Assembly (NCBI GenBank): GCA_963804995.1
Contig: CAWDSK010000006.1
Coordinates: 352,001 to 416,000, forward strand
DNA: 64,000 bases
Reading direction: 5' to 3'
DNA from: an uncultured Acidobacteriota bacterium
GTDB taxonomy: Bacteria > Acidobacteriota > Terriglobia > UBA7540
Position numbers and translations under genes: made by a program. Positions 9,810 through 20,276 of the stretch are shown one piece after another (the stretch's first letter is position 1; the number at the start of each line of letters is the position of its first letter). The notes under the pieces are model-generated. The model saw only the letters and a program-made list of their open reading frames with translations. It had not been told where the DNA came from and searched no databases.

Positions 9810-9915
9810 CTCGGCACCCTGCCTGAGTATGGTCTCGGCGCGGACCGGCACAACCCCGTCCTTGCGAATGATTGCAGCCAGAGTGCAATTGGCGGGCAAG
9901 GTGAGGTCGCGGACC
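9810..9915 (-). pseudogene. TrkA-C (RCK-C) domain fragment
   Basis: VRDLTLPANCTLAAIIRKDGVVPVRAETILRQG. Confidence 0.55.
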
Positions 9916-9919
9916 ATTT

Positions 9920-10015
9920 CCCCTCCCCGCCAGAAAATCCGCACACACTGGTCCCAGGCAGTAACCCCGCGAGCGCTCCCTCCCCACCATCCGCGAGGCC
10001 ACGTACCGGGCCCTT
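9920..10015 (-). repeat. About 95-bp diverged direct repeat, copy 1 (remnant of a mobile-element hypothetical gene)
   Basis: Similar to 11242-11337; both encode YVASRMVGxERSRGYCLxxxCAxFLAG. Confidence 0.8.
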
Positions 10016-10144
10016 TCCACCACCGGCAACTGACTCTCGACATGAGTTTTCCGGGCAGTCATCGTCGCCGAACATTTCCCAGAAGATCTTCCCTTCGGGA
10101 GAGTTGTGCAGCCACGCCAGTGTTCCGGGAGACGACCTGCTGTC

Positions 10145-10173
10145 TTGACATTGTCGGGCAACAACGATAATCT
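10145..10173 (+). promoter_or_regulatory. Sigma70-like promoter of the toxin-antitoxin operon with possible operator
   Basis: TTGACA-17 bp-TAATCT; spacer holds the imperfect palindrome TTGTCGGGCAACAA. Confidence 0.55.
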
Positions 10174-10193
10174 GAATATCACAAGGAGGGGCC

Positions 10194-10484
10194 ATGCAAT
10201 CAAGGACCACGCGCACCGAAAAACTCAACCTACGCCTTACCCGCCAAGCCAAACGGACGCTCCAGGCAGCGGCGGCGACTTCCCATCGCTCCGTGAGCGA
10301 ATTCGTGTTAGAGAGCGCGTTAGCGCGCGCGGATGAGACCCTTGCGGACCGTAAGACCTTCAGCCTGAATGACGGGCAGTGGAAAGCCTTCTTAGCTGCC
10401 CTCGATGCGCCCCCCCGTCCTCTGCCTCGCCTGGAGCGTCTCTTAAAAGAGCCGGGATTCTTTGATGCCGGATCCCATCAGTGA
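10194..10484 (+). CDS. DUF1778 ribbon-helix-helix antitoxin (TacA/AtaR-like)
   Basis: RTEKLNLRL...AAA...SVSEFVLESALARADETLADR...QWKAFLAALDAPP. Confidence 0.92.
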   Translation: MQSRTTRTEKLNLRLTRQAKRTLQAAAATSHRSVSEFVLESALARADETLADRKTFSLNDGQWKAFLAALDAPPRPLPRLERLLKEPGFFDAGSHQ

Positions 10485-10983
10485 GCGCGGACCGACGCGT
10501 TGAAAAGCTACGCCCCGAGCACCGAATCGAAGGCTTCGATTGCGGCCGGGAAGAATTAAACCGTTACCTGATGCGCTACGCATGGCAGAACCAGCAGGCA
10601 GGCGCCGCACAAACATACGTTGGACTTGTGGGCGACACGGTCGTTGGATACCATACCCTCGCGGTGGGCCATGTAACCCGGGAGGAAGCGCCCGAGCGTT
10701 TAACTAAGGGCTTGGCGCGCCATCCGGTGCCCATCATGCTCCTGGCGCGCCTGGCAGTAGACCGTCACTGGCAAGGGCAGGGGATCGGTAAGGCACTTTT
10801 GAGGGACGCGATGCAGCGCACGCTACAGGCGGCTGATATGGCCGGCATCCGCGCGTTCGCGGTGCACGCAAAAGACGAGGCCACCAGGAGTTTCTACCAG
10901 AAATTCGATTTCATCCCCTCCCCGACGGACCCGATGCACCTGTTCGTTCTCTTGAAAACGTCCGGCGGATGGTTTCGGGGTAA
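10481..10983 (+). CDS. GNAT acetyltransferase toxin (TacT/AtaT-like); apparent 1-bp deletion near the 3' end
   Basis: FDCGREELNRYL, LLARLAVD, QGQGIGKALL, VHAKD..FYQKFDF. Restoring a G at about 10958 gives LLKDVRRMVSG and a stop at 10983 instead of run-on to 11173. Confidence 0.9.
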
Positions 10984-11241
10984 TAGACCCTCACTTCGGC
11001 GATTAGCTGCTTCCAGGCAGTCCTGCAACCACGCTCATCCAAGATTGCACTCGGAATCTCCGCGCATGTCGGTGGGAGGTCCTTTTTCCCAACTTGATCC
11101 GCTTCAGTTTCTTCAGCATTTTCCGGGGGTGTCCAGTTCCCTGCCCCCATTCTGGCCGGCAAGGCGCGCCTGATACTCCCGCGGCAGCAGATGCACAAGG
11201 TGGTGGATCACCATCAAGATCTCCTCGGGCGTTGACTCCTC

Positions 11242-11337
11242 CCCCTCCCCGCCAGAAAACCCGCGCACGCCAGTTCCAAGCAATACCCCCGCGAGCGCTC
11301 CGTCCCCACCATTCGCGAGGCCACGTAAAGGGCCCTT
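11242..11337 (-). repeat. About 95-bp diverged direct repeat, copy 2
   Basis: See 9920-10015; continues as ...PEEILMVIHHLVHLLPREYQARL. Confidence 0.8.
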
Positions 11338-11399
11338 GACGGTGCTGATCCCAGAGGGCAATCTCCCGGTTGGAGGAGCGAATCTGTCGCACCCTGCCC

Positions 11400-11837
11400 G
11401 CTACTGCAATCGCTTGGTTTCAGCAGCGTGGCCGCTGTCGTTTGCATTCCGCGGACCGACTGCTTTGGGCTTGGCTTTCCCGCTTCTGGTTCCCTGGGGC
11501 TCGGCATTGCTCATAGTGAAGCCCGACACGGTGATCGCTCGACACCGAAGAGGATTCCGGATTTATTGGACATGGAAGAGTCACCCATCTGCACCCGGGC
11601 GGCCGACAGTTGCTCTGGCGGCTTGAAGAATTGTTCTCAGACTGAAGAGGGGTGTTTTCCGACATCGAGTCGACTGAGATCCGCGAAGACTCCGGCCCGG
11701 TGGGACCAGGACTTCCCACAAATTCGCACCGACATCTAATCTGGAGCCCGCGCCCGTTCTGTAACCCGCTCGCCCCCTGACGCCCCCCGGTAAATAAACC
11801 GCTCATTTTGGTCGATTGAGTTTTTGGCAGGAACAGG
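11400..11837 (+). mobile_element. Internally deleted integrase-core IS remnant
   Basis: LLIVKPDTVIARHRRGFRIYWTWKS is homologous to the 12178-13209 transposase. End-like sequence GAGTTTTTGGCAGGAACAGG at 11818-11837. Confidence 0.7.
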
Positions 11838-11997
11838 CAGAAAGCGCAGCTCATCCCAGCTCAGACACCGGCAGCGCCCGGAATCCATTGATGAGTGGAA
11901 AACTGTTCGGCGTGCGAGAGACGATCGCGCCGCTGACCACCCGCGCTTCCCCCACAACTTTGCGGACAAAATCGAGGTTCACCGCGTCACTCTCGGC

Positions 11998-13296
11998 CAC
12001 TATCTCGCCAAAATCTCATCCGCGCAGGAACTGGCGCGAGTCGCTTTGTGCCTCGGATTGAAAAGAGAACCTGGACTCGGTTAAGAGTTGCTTTGAGGAG
12101 CGCGAAGGTTCTATTTAGACGAGGACCTGGGCAGATGCGACGTTCTTATCTAAGGATGGGCGAAAAGTTGGCCCGGATCAGGCAGCCCGATCGTAACGAT
12201 GATGCAGCCCGCCAAGTCGATCCTGAGATAGGATGCGCCCCGAGGCTTTGGAGCGAATTCTGTGGTCGGGGGTTCCCTTCCTCAACCCAAGGTGCGTGCG
12301 GTCTTCGTGGTAGTAGTGAACGTATTCAGAGAGCATACGTTTCAAATGGCGTTCATTCACCGCAATGACGTGATCCAGTAGATCTTGTCGGCAGCTTTCA
12401 ACCCAACGCTCCCCTACGCCATTCTGCCACGGGCTTTCGAAGGACGTTCGTACCGGGCTCATCTTCAGGGATCGAACGGCCAATGGCACCTCCCGCCCGT
12501 ACTTCGCGTCGCGGTCGAAGATGAGAAACCGAGGAGCCATCTCAAACGGGAACGCTTCTCGCAGCTGCTGGACAACCCACAGGCTAGTCGGGTGCTTGGT
12601 GACGTTGAAGTGCAGGATACGTCGCCGGCCATGGCTGATGACGAAGAAGCCATAGAGCACGCCAAAGGTTAATGTTGGCACGGTGAAGAAATTCATGGCC
12701 GCAATCGCTTCCCTGTGGTTTCGGAGGAAGGCGAGCCAACGTTGGGCTGGCTCGGGATCTCTCGGCGCCCGTTTCATCCAACGCGAGATCGTTCTCTCGC
12801 AAAGATCAAAACCGAGCATAAGAAGCTCGCCGTGGATGCGCGGCGCTCCCCAGGTTGGATTCTCAACAACCATCCGGAAGATCAACTCTCGGACTCCCTT
12901 CGGTGTCGGCTTCCTCCCAACCCGCGTCCTGACTTTCGAGATCAGATTCCAGTACAAGCGAAAACCAGCTCGGTGCCACCGAATTACGGTTTCAGGTGTG
13001 ACAACGATCAGGGCTTGTTCCCATCCTGACCAGTATCGACGAACGGCAACCCAGAACAATTTGTCGAACGGGCTCAGGCACGGGCGTCGACGCCGCCGCT
13101 TCAATACGGCGAGTTGTTGGCGTAACGCAAGATTCTCAAGGAGGAGACTTCGTCGCATGCGAAAGAAGCGAATCAGCGTTCCGACGCACAGGCCGATGAA
13201 TTGAAGCATGGCCAGGAGTTATAGCAGAAAGCTGGTGGGACGGCGGCAGTTATGTCATTGATTTCAGAGTCGGCCAGGGTTTTGGCGAACCACAGG
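11998..13296 (-). mobile_element. IS element with integrase-core (rve) DDE transposase, IS481/IS3-like
   Basis: Imperfect terminal inverted repeats sharing TCGCCAAAA at about 12005-12013 and 13280-13288 flank the transposase. Confidence 0.75.
12178..13209 (-). CDS. Integrase-core domain transposase
   Basis: LENLALRQQL, NPTWGAPRIHGEL, FDRDAKY, SPWQNGVGERW, YYHEDRTHLGL, LGGLHHRY. First catalytic position reads AMNFF rather than AMDFF. Confidence 0.93.
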   Translation of the reverse strand: MLQFIGLCVGTLIRFFRMRRSLLLENLALRQQLAVLKRRRRRPCLSPFDKLFWVAVRRYWSGWEQALIVVTPETVIRWHRAGFRLYWNLISKVRTRVGRKPTPKGVRELIFRMVVENPTWGAPRIHGELLMLGFDLCERTISRWMKRAPRDPEPAQRWLAFLRNHREAIAAMNFFTVPTLTFGVLYGFFVISHGRRRILHFNVTKHPTSLWVVQQLREAFPFEMAPRFLIFDRDAKYGREVPLAVRSLKMSPVRTSFESPWQNGVGERWVESCRQDLLDHVIAVNERHLKRMLSEYVHYYHEDRTHLGLRKGTPDHRIRSKASGRILSQDRLGGLHHRYDRAA

Positions 13297-13790
13297 GTCT
13301 CCCATTCCGCATCAGGTTACAGCAAACATCACGGGTATGGCTATGATCCTTCTGCCGCGGCGATGCCCAATGTCAAGACCACCATCGCGGAAGCCTGCTA
13401 GGGTTTTTCAAGTTTCTGCCGTTTCGGAACAGTGAATTCTCTCTCATTTCACTTGGTACAAAAAACCCCGGTCACATCAGCCGCAACTGTGCATCGGCGC
13501 CTCAAATTTCCGAAAATGCCGCTTGACAAATCATAAATATTACTGTAGAGGCGTAATACAATATTTCAGTCATTTCTTAGAGGAAGGCTGAGAGACTGTG
13601 ACCTCTACCAGCACGGTTTTTGTTGCGTCAAGGAATTGAGTAGCACGCGGCAGATCCAGCGATAGCCGGGCGCGAGGCAATATGCAGATGCCCTTCAGAC
13701 CGATTCTCGAGCTTGAGGAGCGAGTTCAAACACTACCCCACATTTCCATCCTAGAGGGTTTCACAAAACTCTAAAAGGAAGGAGAATGCA

Positions 13791-15164
13791 ATGTCTGGAA
13801 TTACCCGTCGTGATTTTGTTCAGGCGGCTGTGTGGACCAGCGCTCTGAGCTATTCCCGTATTCTTGGCGCCAATGATCGGATTCGTTTGGGCTACATCGG
13901 CTTGGGCAACCGGGGCGACCAGGTGCACCAAGCCTTCCTGCCCCATAGCGACTGTCAGACCGTGGCGGTTTGCGATCTTCGGGAAGACTACATGGATTTC
14001 GCCGTGAAAATATCACGGACCAACCCGACCAAGTACAAGGATTACAAGAAACTGCTGGAAAGCAAGGATGTGGATGCGGTGGTTATCGCCACGCCGGACC
14101 ACTGGCATGCCCTCATGTTCGTGGATGCCTGCAATGCAGGCAAGGACGTGTACGTGGAGAAACCCCTGAGCCGCACGGTCCGGGAGGGGCGGAAGATGGT
14201 AGAGGTGGCTCAGCGGACCAATCGTGTGTCACAGGTCGGCATTAACTGGCACTCCTTCCAGACATACAAGGATGCGGCGGAATTTGTGCGCGCCGGGGGC
14301 ATTGGCCACGTCACCGTAGCGAAGTGTTGCCATCTCACGAACGAATGGCCCAACGGGCTCGGGAATGTTCCGGACGGCCCGCCGCCCAATGAGTGGGAAT
14401 GGGACCAGTGGCTGGGTCCGGCGCCGAAAGTTCCTTACAACCGCAACCGGATGTATTACAACTTCCGGTGGTTCTACGATTACTCCCCCGGCCAAGTTGC
14501 TAATTTTGGCGTACATGATATCGATACGATCCGCTGGTGCCTCGGGCTGGAGGCCCCGAAATCCGTCGTGGCAATGGGCGGGAAGTTTGCAGGCATCAAG
14601 GACAATCGCGAGGTTCCGGACACATTAACCGTCGCGTGGGAGTACGCCGGTTCCACTATGGTGGTCTTCGAACAGTGCGATGGAAACGACGCGCTGAACC
14701 AGCCGGACACCGGGGAAATGAATACGCTGGAATTGCGGGGCACCAAAGGGACCATGTACCTCCACGATGGCAGTTGGGACGTTGTGCCGCAGAACGTCAG
14801 CGAGCTTTGCCTTGGCTATGACGGAGGCAAGGGATACGGCAATCCAGTCAACCGTGCCGGCGGCAGGCTGCGGTCTGCTGCGGCAAAGCAACTGATCGAG
14901 CCAAGGACTGTCAGGGGAGATTATCATGATGAGGGAACGACCGAACACGCGAGGAATTTCCTGGATTGCATTAAGAGCCGGGCCAAGTGCAACTGTGACA
15001 TCCTGACAGGACACGTAACCACGACCACGACTCTGATCGGCGAAATCGCACACCGAACCAAATGTTACCTGGAATGGGACGCGCGTGCGGAGCGCTTCAC
15101 CAATAACGTCAACGCAAACAAGTTCCTGGAATATCATTACCGCGCGCCGTACAAGCTTGCTTGA
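13791..15164 (+). CDS. Gfo/Idh/MocA oxidoreductase with Tat signal
   Basis: TRRDFV, IGLGNRG, IATPDHWH, YVEKP, WLGPAP. Confidence 0.93.
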   Translation: MSGITRRDFVQAAVWTSALSYSRILGANDRIRLGYIGLGNRGDQVHQAFLPHSDCQTVAVCDLREDYMDFAVKISRTNPTKYKDYKKLLESKDVDAVVIATPDHWHALMFVDACNAGKDVYVEKPLSRTVREGRKMVEVAQRTNRVSQVGINWHSFQTYKDAAEFVRAGGIGHVTVAKCCHLTNEWPNGLGNVPDGPPPNEWEWDQWLGPAPKVPYNRNRMYYNFRWFYDYSPGQVANFGVHDIDTIRWCLGLEAPKSVVAMGGKFAGIKDNREVPDTLTVAWEYAGSTMVVFEQCDGNDALNQPDTGEMNTLELRGTKGTMYLHDGSWDVVPQNVSELCLGYDGGKGYGNPVNRAGGRLRSAAAKQLIEPRTVRGDYHDEGTTEHARNFLDCIKSRAKCNCDILTGHVTTTTTLIGEIAHRTKCYLEWDARAERFTNNVNANKFLEYHYRAPYKLA

Positions 15165-15819
15165 CGATCCCGTGCCCCGGGCAGCAGGCAGAGTTTTCTT
15201 CAGAAGCTTCCGGTTTTTGGCCGACTGAATTTAGAGTTTCATGACATTTTTCTTTCTCGTCACCCGAATCGCATCTTGTGTACGTGGTGCAATTCTCTGT
15301 ACCGCTTGCATTACACCTTGCCGGTCCACCAAACCTCGGTGGTTGAGTGGTCGGAGAAAGCCGTTTAGGAACGCACCCAGAGCACCCACTTGGTTGAGGC
15401 CGCGTCACATATTTATCCGGCAGATCATGCCCTGAAAAGCCAGGTTTGGAAGGAGCCGTACATTCGCCATGACAGCCGGCAGGTCTACAACAAGGACGGG
15501 AGCAAGGGGCCCAGCGTGGAAAGCCCTGGGAAAAGCGAAAGCGGCCTGCCTCCGTACGACGAATGATGGCACTGAATTAGGTTGAAGTGGAAGCGGAAGC
15601 GGCGAAATCTGTTCTGGTTTAATCAGGACGCCTTCAGCAGAAAGGGCGATGTCGTATTTCCGAAGTTCGGTTGGTTCACGGCCTCCTGCTGAGGTGCCGA
15701 GGCGGCTAACATCGCAAAGAGCTGCGGAGGAACCGCGCGCGCTTCTAGCCCTTCGACCGATTCCGTGCACTTCCAAGAGACGGGGTTCCTTGGTTTTGTT
15801 AGTGGGAGGGAGAGGGAAA

Positions 15820-17277
15820 ATGATGAAAGAATTTGGACGGCGTGGGTTTCTCAGAACTGTGGCGGCAGGTTTGGCATCAGGTCCCACAATTCTTATGTCG
15901 ATTGCACCCAAAGATACCGACATCCGGATCGAATACATCAGTACCGAATACCAGGCATTCAAATATCGTGTGCCCATCAAGTTCGGCGGGCGCGTGACCG
16001 ACCGGGTCACCCTTCTTAACGTGAACTGCGTGGTTAGTTCCGTGGGGGGCAAGACCGCCAAGGGCTTCGGCATGATGCCACTTGCCAATACCTGGGCGTT
16101 TCCTTCACGCAAGTTGCCATTTGACGTCACCCTGAACGCCATGACAACCCTGGCCGAGCGCATCTCAAAGATTTCGGGAAGCTACAAGGAATACGGCCAC
16201 CCCATCGACCTGACCTGGGCGCTTGAGCCCGAATACTTGAAGGCTGCTGATGAGATTTCAAAGGCGCAGAAGCTTATCGAGCCGATTCCCAAGCTTTGCA
16301 CCCTGGTCACCGCCAGCGCGTTTGATGCAGCCCTCCATGACGCCTTTGGCAAGCTGCATGGCCTTAACTGCTATCACACCTACGGGCCGGAATTCATGAC
16401 CCACGACCTTGCCTATTACGTGGGGTCTTTGGATAAAGAGAATTACAAGGGAGAATATCCGAACAAGTACATTCGGCAGGAGCCCAAAGCGCGCATGCCG
16501 CTCTACCATTTGGTTTCAGCCATCGATCCCTTGGTAGACTCCGACATCACGCATCACGTGAACGATGGCCTGCCCGAGACGCTTCCCCAGTGGATCAATT
16601 ACAACGGATTGACCCATTTCAAAATCAAGCTGGACGGCGACAACCTGAAATGGGATTCCGAGCGGGTGCTCAGCGTCGACCGCGTGGCCACTGAAGCCGA
16701 GAAGAAGCGTGGCACCAAGGATTGGGTTTACTCGCTCGACTTCAACGAGCGGTGCCCGAACGTCCAGTACCTGGTGGATTTTCTGCACATGGTGAAAGAA
16801 AAGTCACCGGGAGGATTCGAGCGGATCCAGTACGTCGAACAGCCGACGGCGCGCGACCTTGAAACTCACCGCCAGAACGTAATGTTCGAAGCCGCCAAGC
16901 TCAAGCCGGTGGTGATCGACGAATCGCTGACCGGCGTCGATGCCCTCATGCTGTCGCGCGAGATGGGCTATTCCGGGGCGGCGCTGAAGGCTTGTAAGGG
17001 GCAAAGTGCCATGATGATCATCGCGTCGGTGGCGGAGAGGCACAAGATGTTTCTGTGCGTGCAGGACCTGGCTTGCCCGGGTGCCAGCCTGATCCAATCG
17101 GCCAGTCTCGCGGCGCACGTCCCTGACGTCAGGGCCATTGAAGCCAATTCGCGCCAGTTCGTGCCTGAGGCAAATAAGGGTTGGGAAAAGCGTTTCCCGG
17201 GCGTCTTCATCATCAAGGACGGCACCATGGACACGTCCCACTTGAATGGTCTGGGGATTGGCGCTGTCCAGAGTTAA
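15820..17277 (+). CDS. Enolase-superfamily (mandelate racemase/MLE) protein with Tat-like leader
   Basis: GRRGFL, SAFDAALHDAFGK, FKIKL, SLDFNE, YVEQP, VIDES, LKACKG. Confidence 0.88.
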   Translation: MMKEFGRRGFLRTVAAGLASGPTILMSIAPKDTDIRIEYISTEYQAFKYRVPIKFGGRVTDRVTLLNVNCVVSSVGGKTAKGFGMMPLANTWAFPSRKLPFDVTLNAMTTLAERISKISGSYKEYGHPIDLTWALEPEYLKAADEISKAQKLIEPIPKLCTLVTASAFDAALHDAFGKLHGLNCYHTYGPEFMTHDLAYYVGSLDKENYKGEYPNKYIRQEPKARMPLYHLVSAIDPLVDSDITHHVNDGLPETLPQWINYNGLTHFKIKLDGDNLKWDSERVLSVDRVATEAEKKRGTKDWVYSLDFNERCPNVQYLVDFLHMVKEKSPGGFERIQYVEQPTARDLETHRQNVMFEAAKLKPVVIDESLTGVDALMLSREMGYSGAALKACKGQSAMMIIASVAERHKMFLCVQDLACPGASLIQSASLAAHVPDVRAIEANSRQFVPEANKGWEKRFPGVFIIKDGTMDTSHLNGLGIGAVQS

Positions 17278-17338
17278 TTTCGCAGGTCCTTTTCCTGAAG
17301 GCAGGGCAGGGGCGATGGCTTTCGGAGGGATTGCAGGT

Positions 17339-17831
17339 ATGGACGCGATGGAAGTGTTGAAGACCCGGCGAGCTGTGCGCGCCTACACGCGCGAACCAGT
17401 GCCTAGGAACGTTATTGAAGATATCATTGATTGCGGACGTATGGCGGCCACCGCGATCAACATTCAGCCTTGGGAATTTGTGGTGGTGACAGACCCCGGG
17501 ATACGGCTCAGGATCGCCAATGCCACCGACTACGGGAAGTTCATCGCGGACGCCCCAGTGTGCGTTGTGGTCCTATGCCGGGACACAAAGTATTACCTCG
17601 AAGACGGAAGTGCCGCAACAGAGAATATCCTGCTTGCTGCTCGGGCGCACGGCCTAGGTTCCTGCTGGGTTGCCGGAGATAAGAAGCCCTATGCGCCGGA
17701 TATCTGCCAGATGATCGGAGCACCGTCGGGCTACAAGCTGATTAGCTTGATTCCGATTGGCTACCCGGCGGAGAGTCCGGAAAAGGCTAAGCGGCCTTTG
17801 TCAGAACGTCTTGCATTGGGAGAAGTACTGA
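17339..17831 (+). CDS. Nitroreductase family protein; apparent 1-bp insertion near the 3' end
   Basis: TRRAVRAY, NIQPWEFVVV, ENILLAARAHGLGSCW, IPIGYP. Removing one A at 17805 gives KRPLSDVLHWEKY and a stop. Confidence 0.9.
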
Positions 17832-18278
17832 ATCCTCCGCGAGCGTTTCGCCAGCAGCGACTTCGAGAGGGCACATTGCTTGGAAATTTATCCGCCGAGG
17901 ACGACCTTTGAAGAAGTAAACGTGTGAGAGGCAACTGCAATCCGAGGCTCCAAATCCCGGCAGAGGGATTGTTGCCCCGTTCAGCTTCTGCGTCGCGCGT
18001 GCCCACTCGTGTTCGCGTCGTCTCCCATCGTAGTTAAGCCACACTGAATGCAAGCGTGTGTGCGCTCTCAAATAGTCGATGTGCCAGTGCGGTCGTGTGG
18101 ACAGCTTTTGATGGTGGGCGATCCGGGCACGCAAGCCCCCTGGTCCCAACGCGCTGCCCAGGTAAACGTAATACCCGCGCTGAAGCTGCATTATTCCTAG
18201 GCGCCCGATCTGGATCCGGGCATTGCTCGCGCAGAAAAGTATCAACGCGTATGTTCCAGGCTTCGACTCAATAACCAT
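17787..18278 (-). CDS. GIY-YIG (Uri/DUF123) endonuclease
   Basis: GTYALIL, GYYVYLGSALGPGGLRARIAHH, HWHIDYL, GFGASDC. Confidence 0.88.
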   Translation of the reverse strand: MVIESKPGTYALILFCASNARIQIGRLGIMQLQRGYYVYLGSALGPGGLRARIAHHQKLSTRPHWHIDYLRAHTRLHSVWLNYDGRRREHEWARATQKLNGATIPLPGFGASDCSCLSHVYFFKGRPRRINFQAMCPLEVAAGETLAEDSVLLPMQDVLTKAA

Positions 18279-18408
18279 TCCGCCGAACTTCCTCTTTTCT
18301 GCGAGAAGATCCTCAATTTCGACTCTAGCTAAGTAAATCGCAAGGAACCTCGATAACCACGTGGCCGACCCTGTTCAAGCCGCCGAAAGCAGACTTGGCC
18401 GCCAGGCT

Positions 18409-18990
18409 TCACTTTATTCGCCATATCGGCTTCGGGAAGCGGAACGGTGGATCTGGTTTCTGGTATCCGTAGTAATGGGAGTGTGGCGGCTCCACCTCGC
18501 CCTTGCGGTCACGGATCGACGTGGGGCTTTCCTTAAGCGGATCAATCCGGTCTGCCTGCTGCTCAGCCCACGCCAAGAAGTTACCAAATGGAGTTCCGAC
18601 CTCGCTGGGTTGTCCGCCTTGCCGGGCGGAATCACGGGCGGCTGAAACGAATGATCGCAACTGCTCAGCACGCAGCCAGCTCGCCGCGGCGCGACGCAGC
18701 GCGCGGACTCGCGACTTTTCGGCCATGATCCTCTGATGGAGCCGGGCACGTTCCTCGGCTCGTCGCTGGGATTCCCGCTGCTCGGCTGCCTGTTTCTCCT
18801 TACTCGTCCTCTCGGCGGCAGCAATTCGAATGAAGCAGGCCATAATGGGTGACTCCGAAAGCCGATAGAGAAATCGTTCCATCGCGTAATACTGCAGCAC
18901 TTCGTTGAAGGGGCGGGAAGTCTGATGAGCCTTGTTCAGAAGCCGTTGGTGAACCGACGCTGAGATATTGGTGCGTGTTCGTTTGGTCAC
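18409..18990 (-). pseudogene. Chimera: AbiEii toxin N-terminus fused to the C-terminus of an unrelated coiled-coil protein
   Basis: ASVHQRLLNKA...LQYYAMERFLYRLSES stops at about 18850, then ...LAWAEQQADRIDPL; the nucleotidyltransferase core is absent. Confidence 0.8.
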
Positions 18991-19604
18991 ACCAGCGCCT
19001 CCAGGTAGGGGCGCATCACCCGTGATACTCGGCACAATGCGGCGGCTTCGAGCAAGGTGTCTAGGTTTTTCTTTCTTCTTTCAAGATACAGTTTGAGCGC
19101 CTCGCTTGCAGTGTCCATGCCTATTTTGTTTCGGTACTTGAAGCAGTCGGCGATGGTCTTTTCGGGGCTGTAAACTCGTATTGTCATCCCGTCGATCTTC
19201 CTCGTATCTACGCCGAACTCGAAAACGTCCTTGGTGAACCAAAACGTTCGAATGGGCGGCCTGTCAAGCCGCGGCGCCTCAGCACCGCGCGGGAGGGCCA
19301 CGTAGACCTCGTGCGGAATCTGTGTTGTCAGTTCGTGAAAAGCCAGCGCGGAGATGAGACAGATCACGCCGCGTGGAACCTTCATCGCCACCGTGACAAG
19401 ATCCGGATTGCCAAACGGAGGGAGATCGGACAGCCGGTATAGCCCACGCCCAAGACTTATCAGGCTACCAGAGTTGCGCATCCCGTAAAGGGTCTCGGGG
19501 TGAATGCCAAAGCGCAGAGCGTCTCTGGTCCTAAGCACGCCGCCGTGATGCAGGAAAATATTCCTGGCGCGGGCGGGCCGGTCTCGTTTGGCTTGAGCTT
19601 CCAT
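18987..19604 (-). CDS. Type IV toxin-antitoxin AbiEi antitoxin
   Basis: GRGLYRL, GVICLISALAFHELTTQIP, YSPEKTIADCFKYRNKIG, MRPYLEAL. Confidence 0.92.
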   Translation of the reverse strand: MEAQAKRDRPARARNIFLHHGGVLRTRDALRFGIHPETLYGMRNSGSLISLGRGLYRLSDLPPFGNPDLVTVAMKVPRGVICLISALAFHELTTQIPHEVYVALPRGAEAPRLDRPPIRTFWFTKDVFEFGVDTRKIDGMTIRVYSPEKTIADCFKYRNKIGMDTASEALKLYLERRKKNLDTLLEAAALCRVSRVMRPYLEALV

Positions 19605-19838
19605 GCCGATAATATTACCAGCAATTGTAGAGATTTGGTGGTTAAATTATCGGATTCTCTAACCCGTGATAGGACCTTTTACAGGCTAAGCCCAACGTCG
19701 TTGGGCTATCGTTGGGCTAGAATTTGAAAACAACTCAAAGAACAAGTTGAGAACAGAATACCCCAGAACAGGGTGGAAAACCGTAGAACAACCTCAACGT
19801 AACTCATTGAGAGGCAAAGACGGGCCATTGATAAATTT

Positions 19839-19885
19839 GGCTCATAACCCAAAGGTCCCGGGTTCAAATCCAGCCCCCGCAACCA
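19839..19885 (+). other. 3' half of initiator tRNA-Met, probable att scar rather than a functional tRNA
   Basis: GGCTCATAACCCAAAGGTCCCGGGTTCAAATCCAGCCCCCGCAACCA: CAT anticodon loop, T loop and CCA; no 5' half and the T stem is mismatched. Confidence 0.85.
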
Positions 19886-19923
19886 AACGCCTTTATATTT
19901 CTTCCACATGCAGATTCATGATG

Positions 19924-19952
19924 AGGCCACTCGAAAGCGAGTGGCCTTTTCT
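19924..19952 (+). terminator. Rho-independent terminator
   Basis: AGGCCACTCG-AAAG-CGAGTGGCCT followed by TTTCTT. Confidence 0.8.
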
Positions 19953-20276
19953 TCTTGTACTTATTGGGGTCGTTAGAAACGAACCTCAATTGTTCAGTTT
20001 GCCAAAGTCCTTGTATTACCATTCGTTGGAATTTTCGAAAGAACCGGGACCTTTGGGAATTGTACAAAGGTCCCGGCCAGGCGCGAACATCCTCCGCAGC
20101 ACGGCGGACCCGGGAAATAACACTTACAACGTCCAGGGGGCATGATTATTGGGTTTCAACAAAACTGGCGAAGAGGTAACTTTTCTGGCAGAGCCCAAAC
20201 CCGGCGACCCACGAGAAGAAAACCAACTCATTAGGCCTGCCCTTCGAGGGGCCCTGGACCACCGGGGTTCGTGGGC

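Noticed and set aside
15165..15819. Riboswitch or ncRNA in the long intergenic region
   Set aside because: No recognisable conserved motif by eye; a covariance-model search would be needed.
19839..19885. Intact tRNA-Met gene
   Set aside because: The 5' acceptor strand and D arm are absent and the T stem is mismatched.
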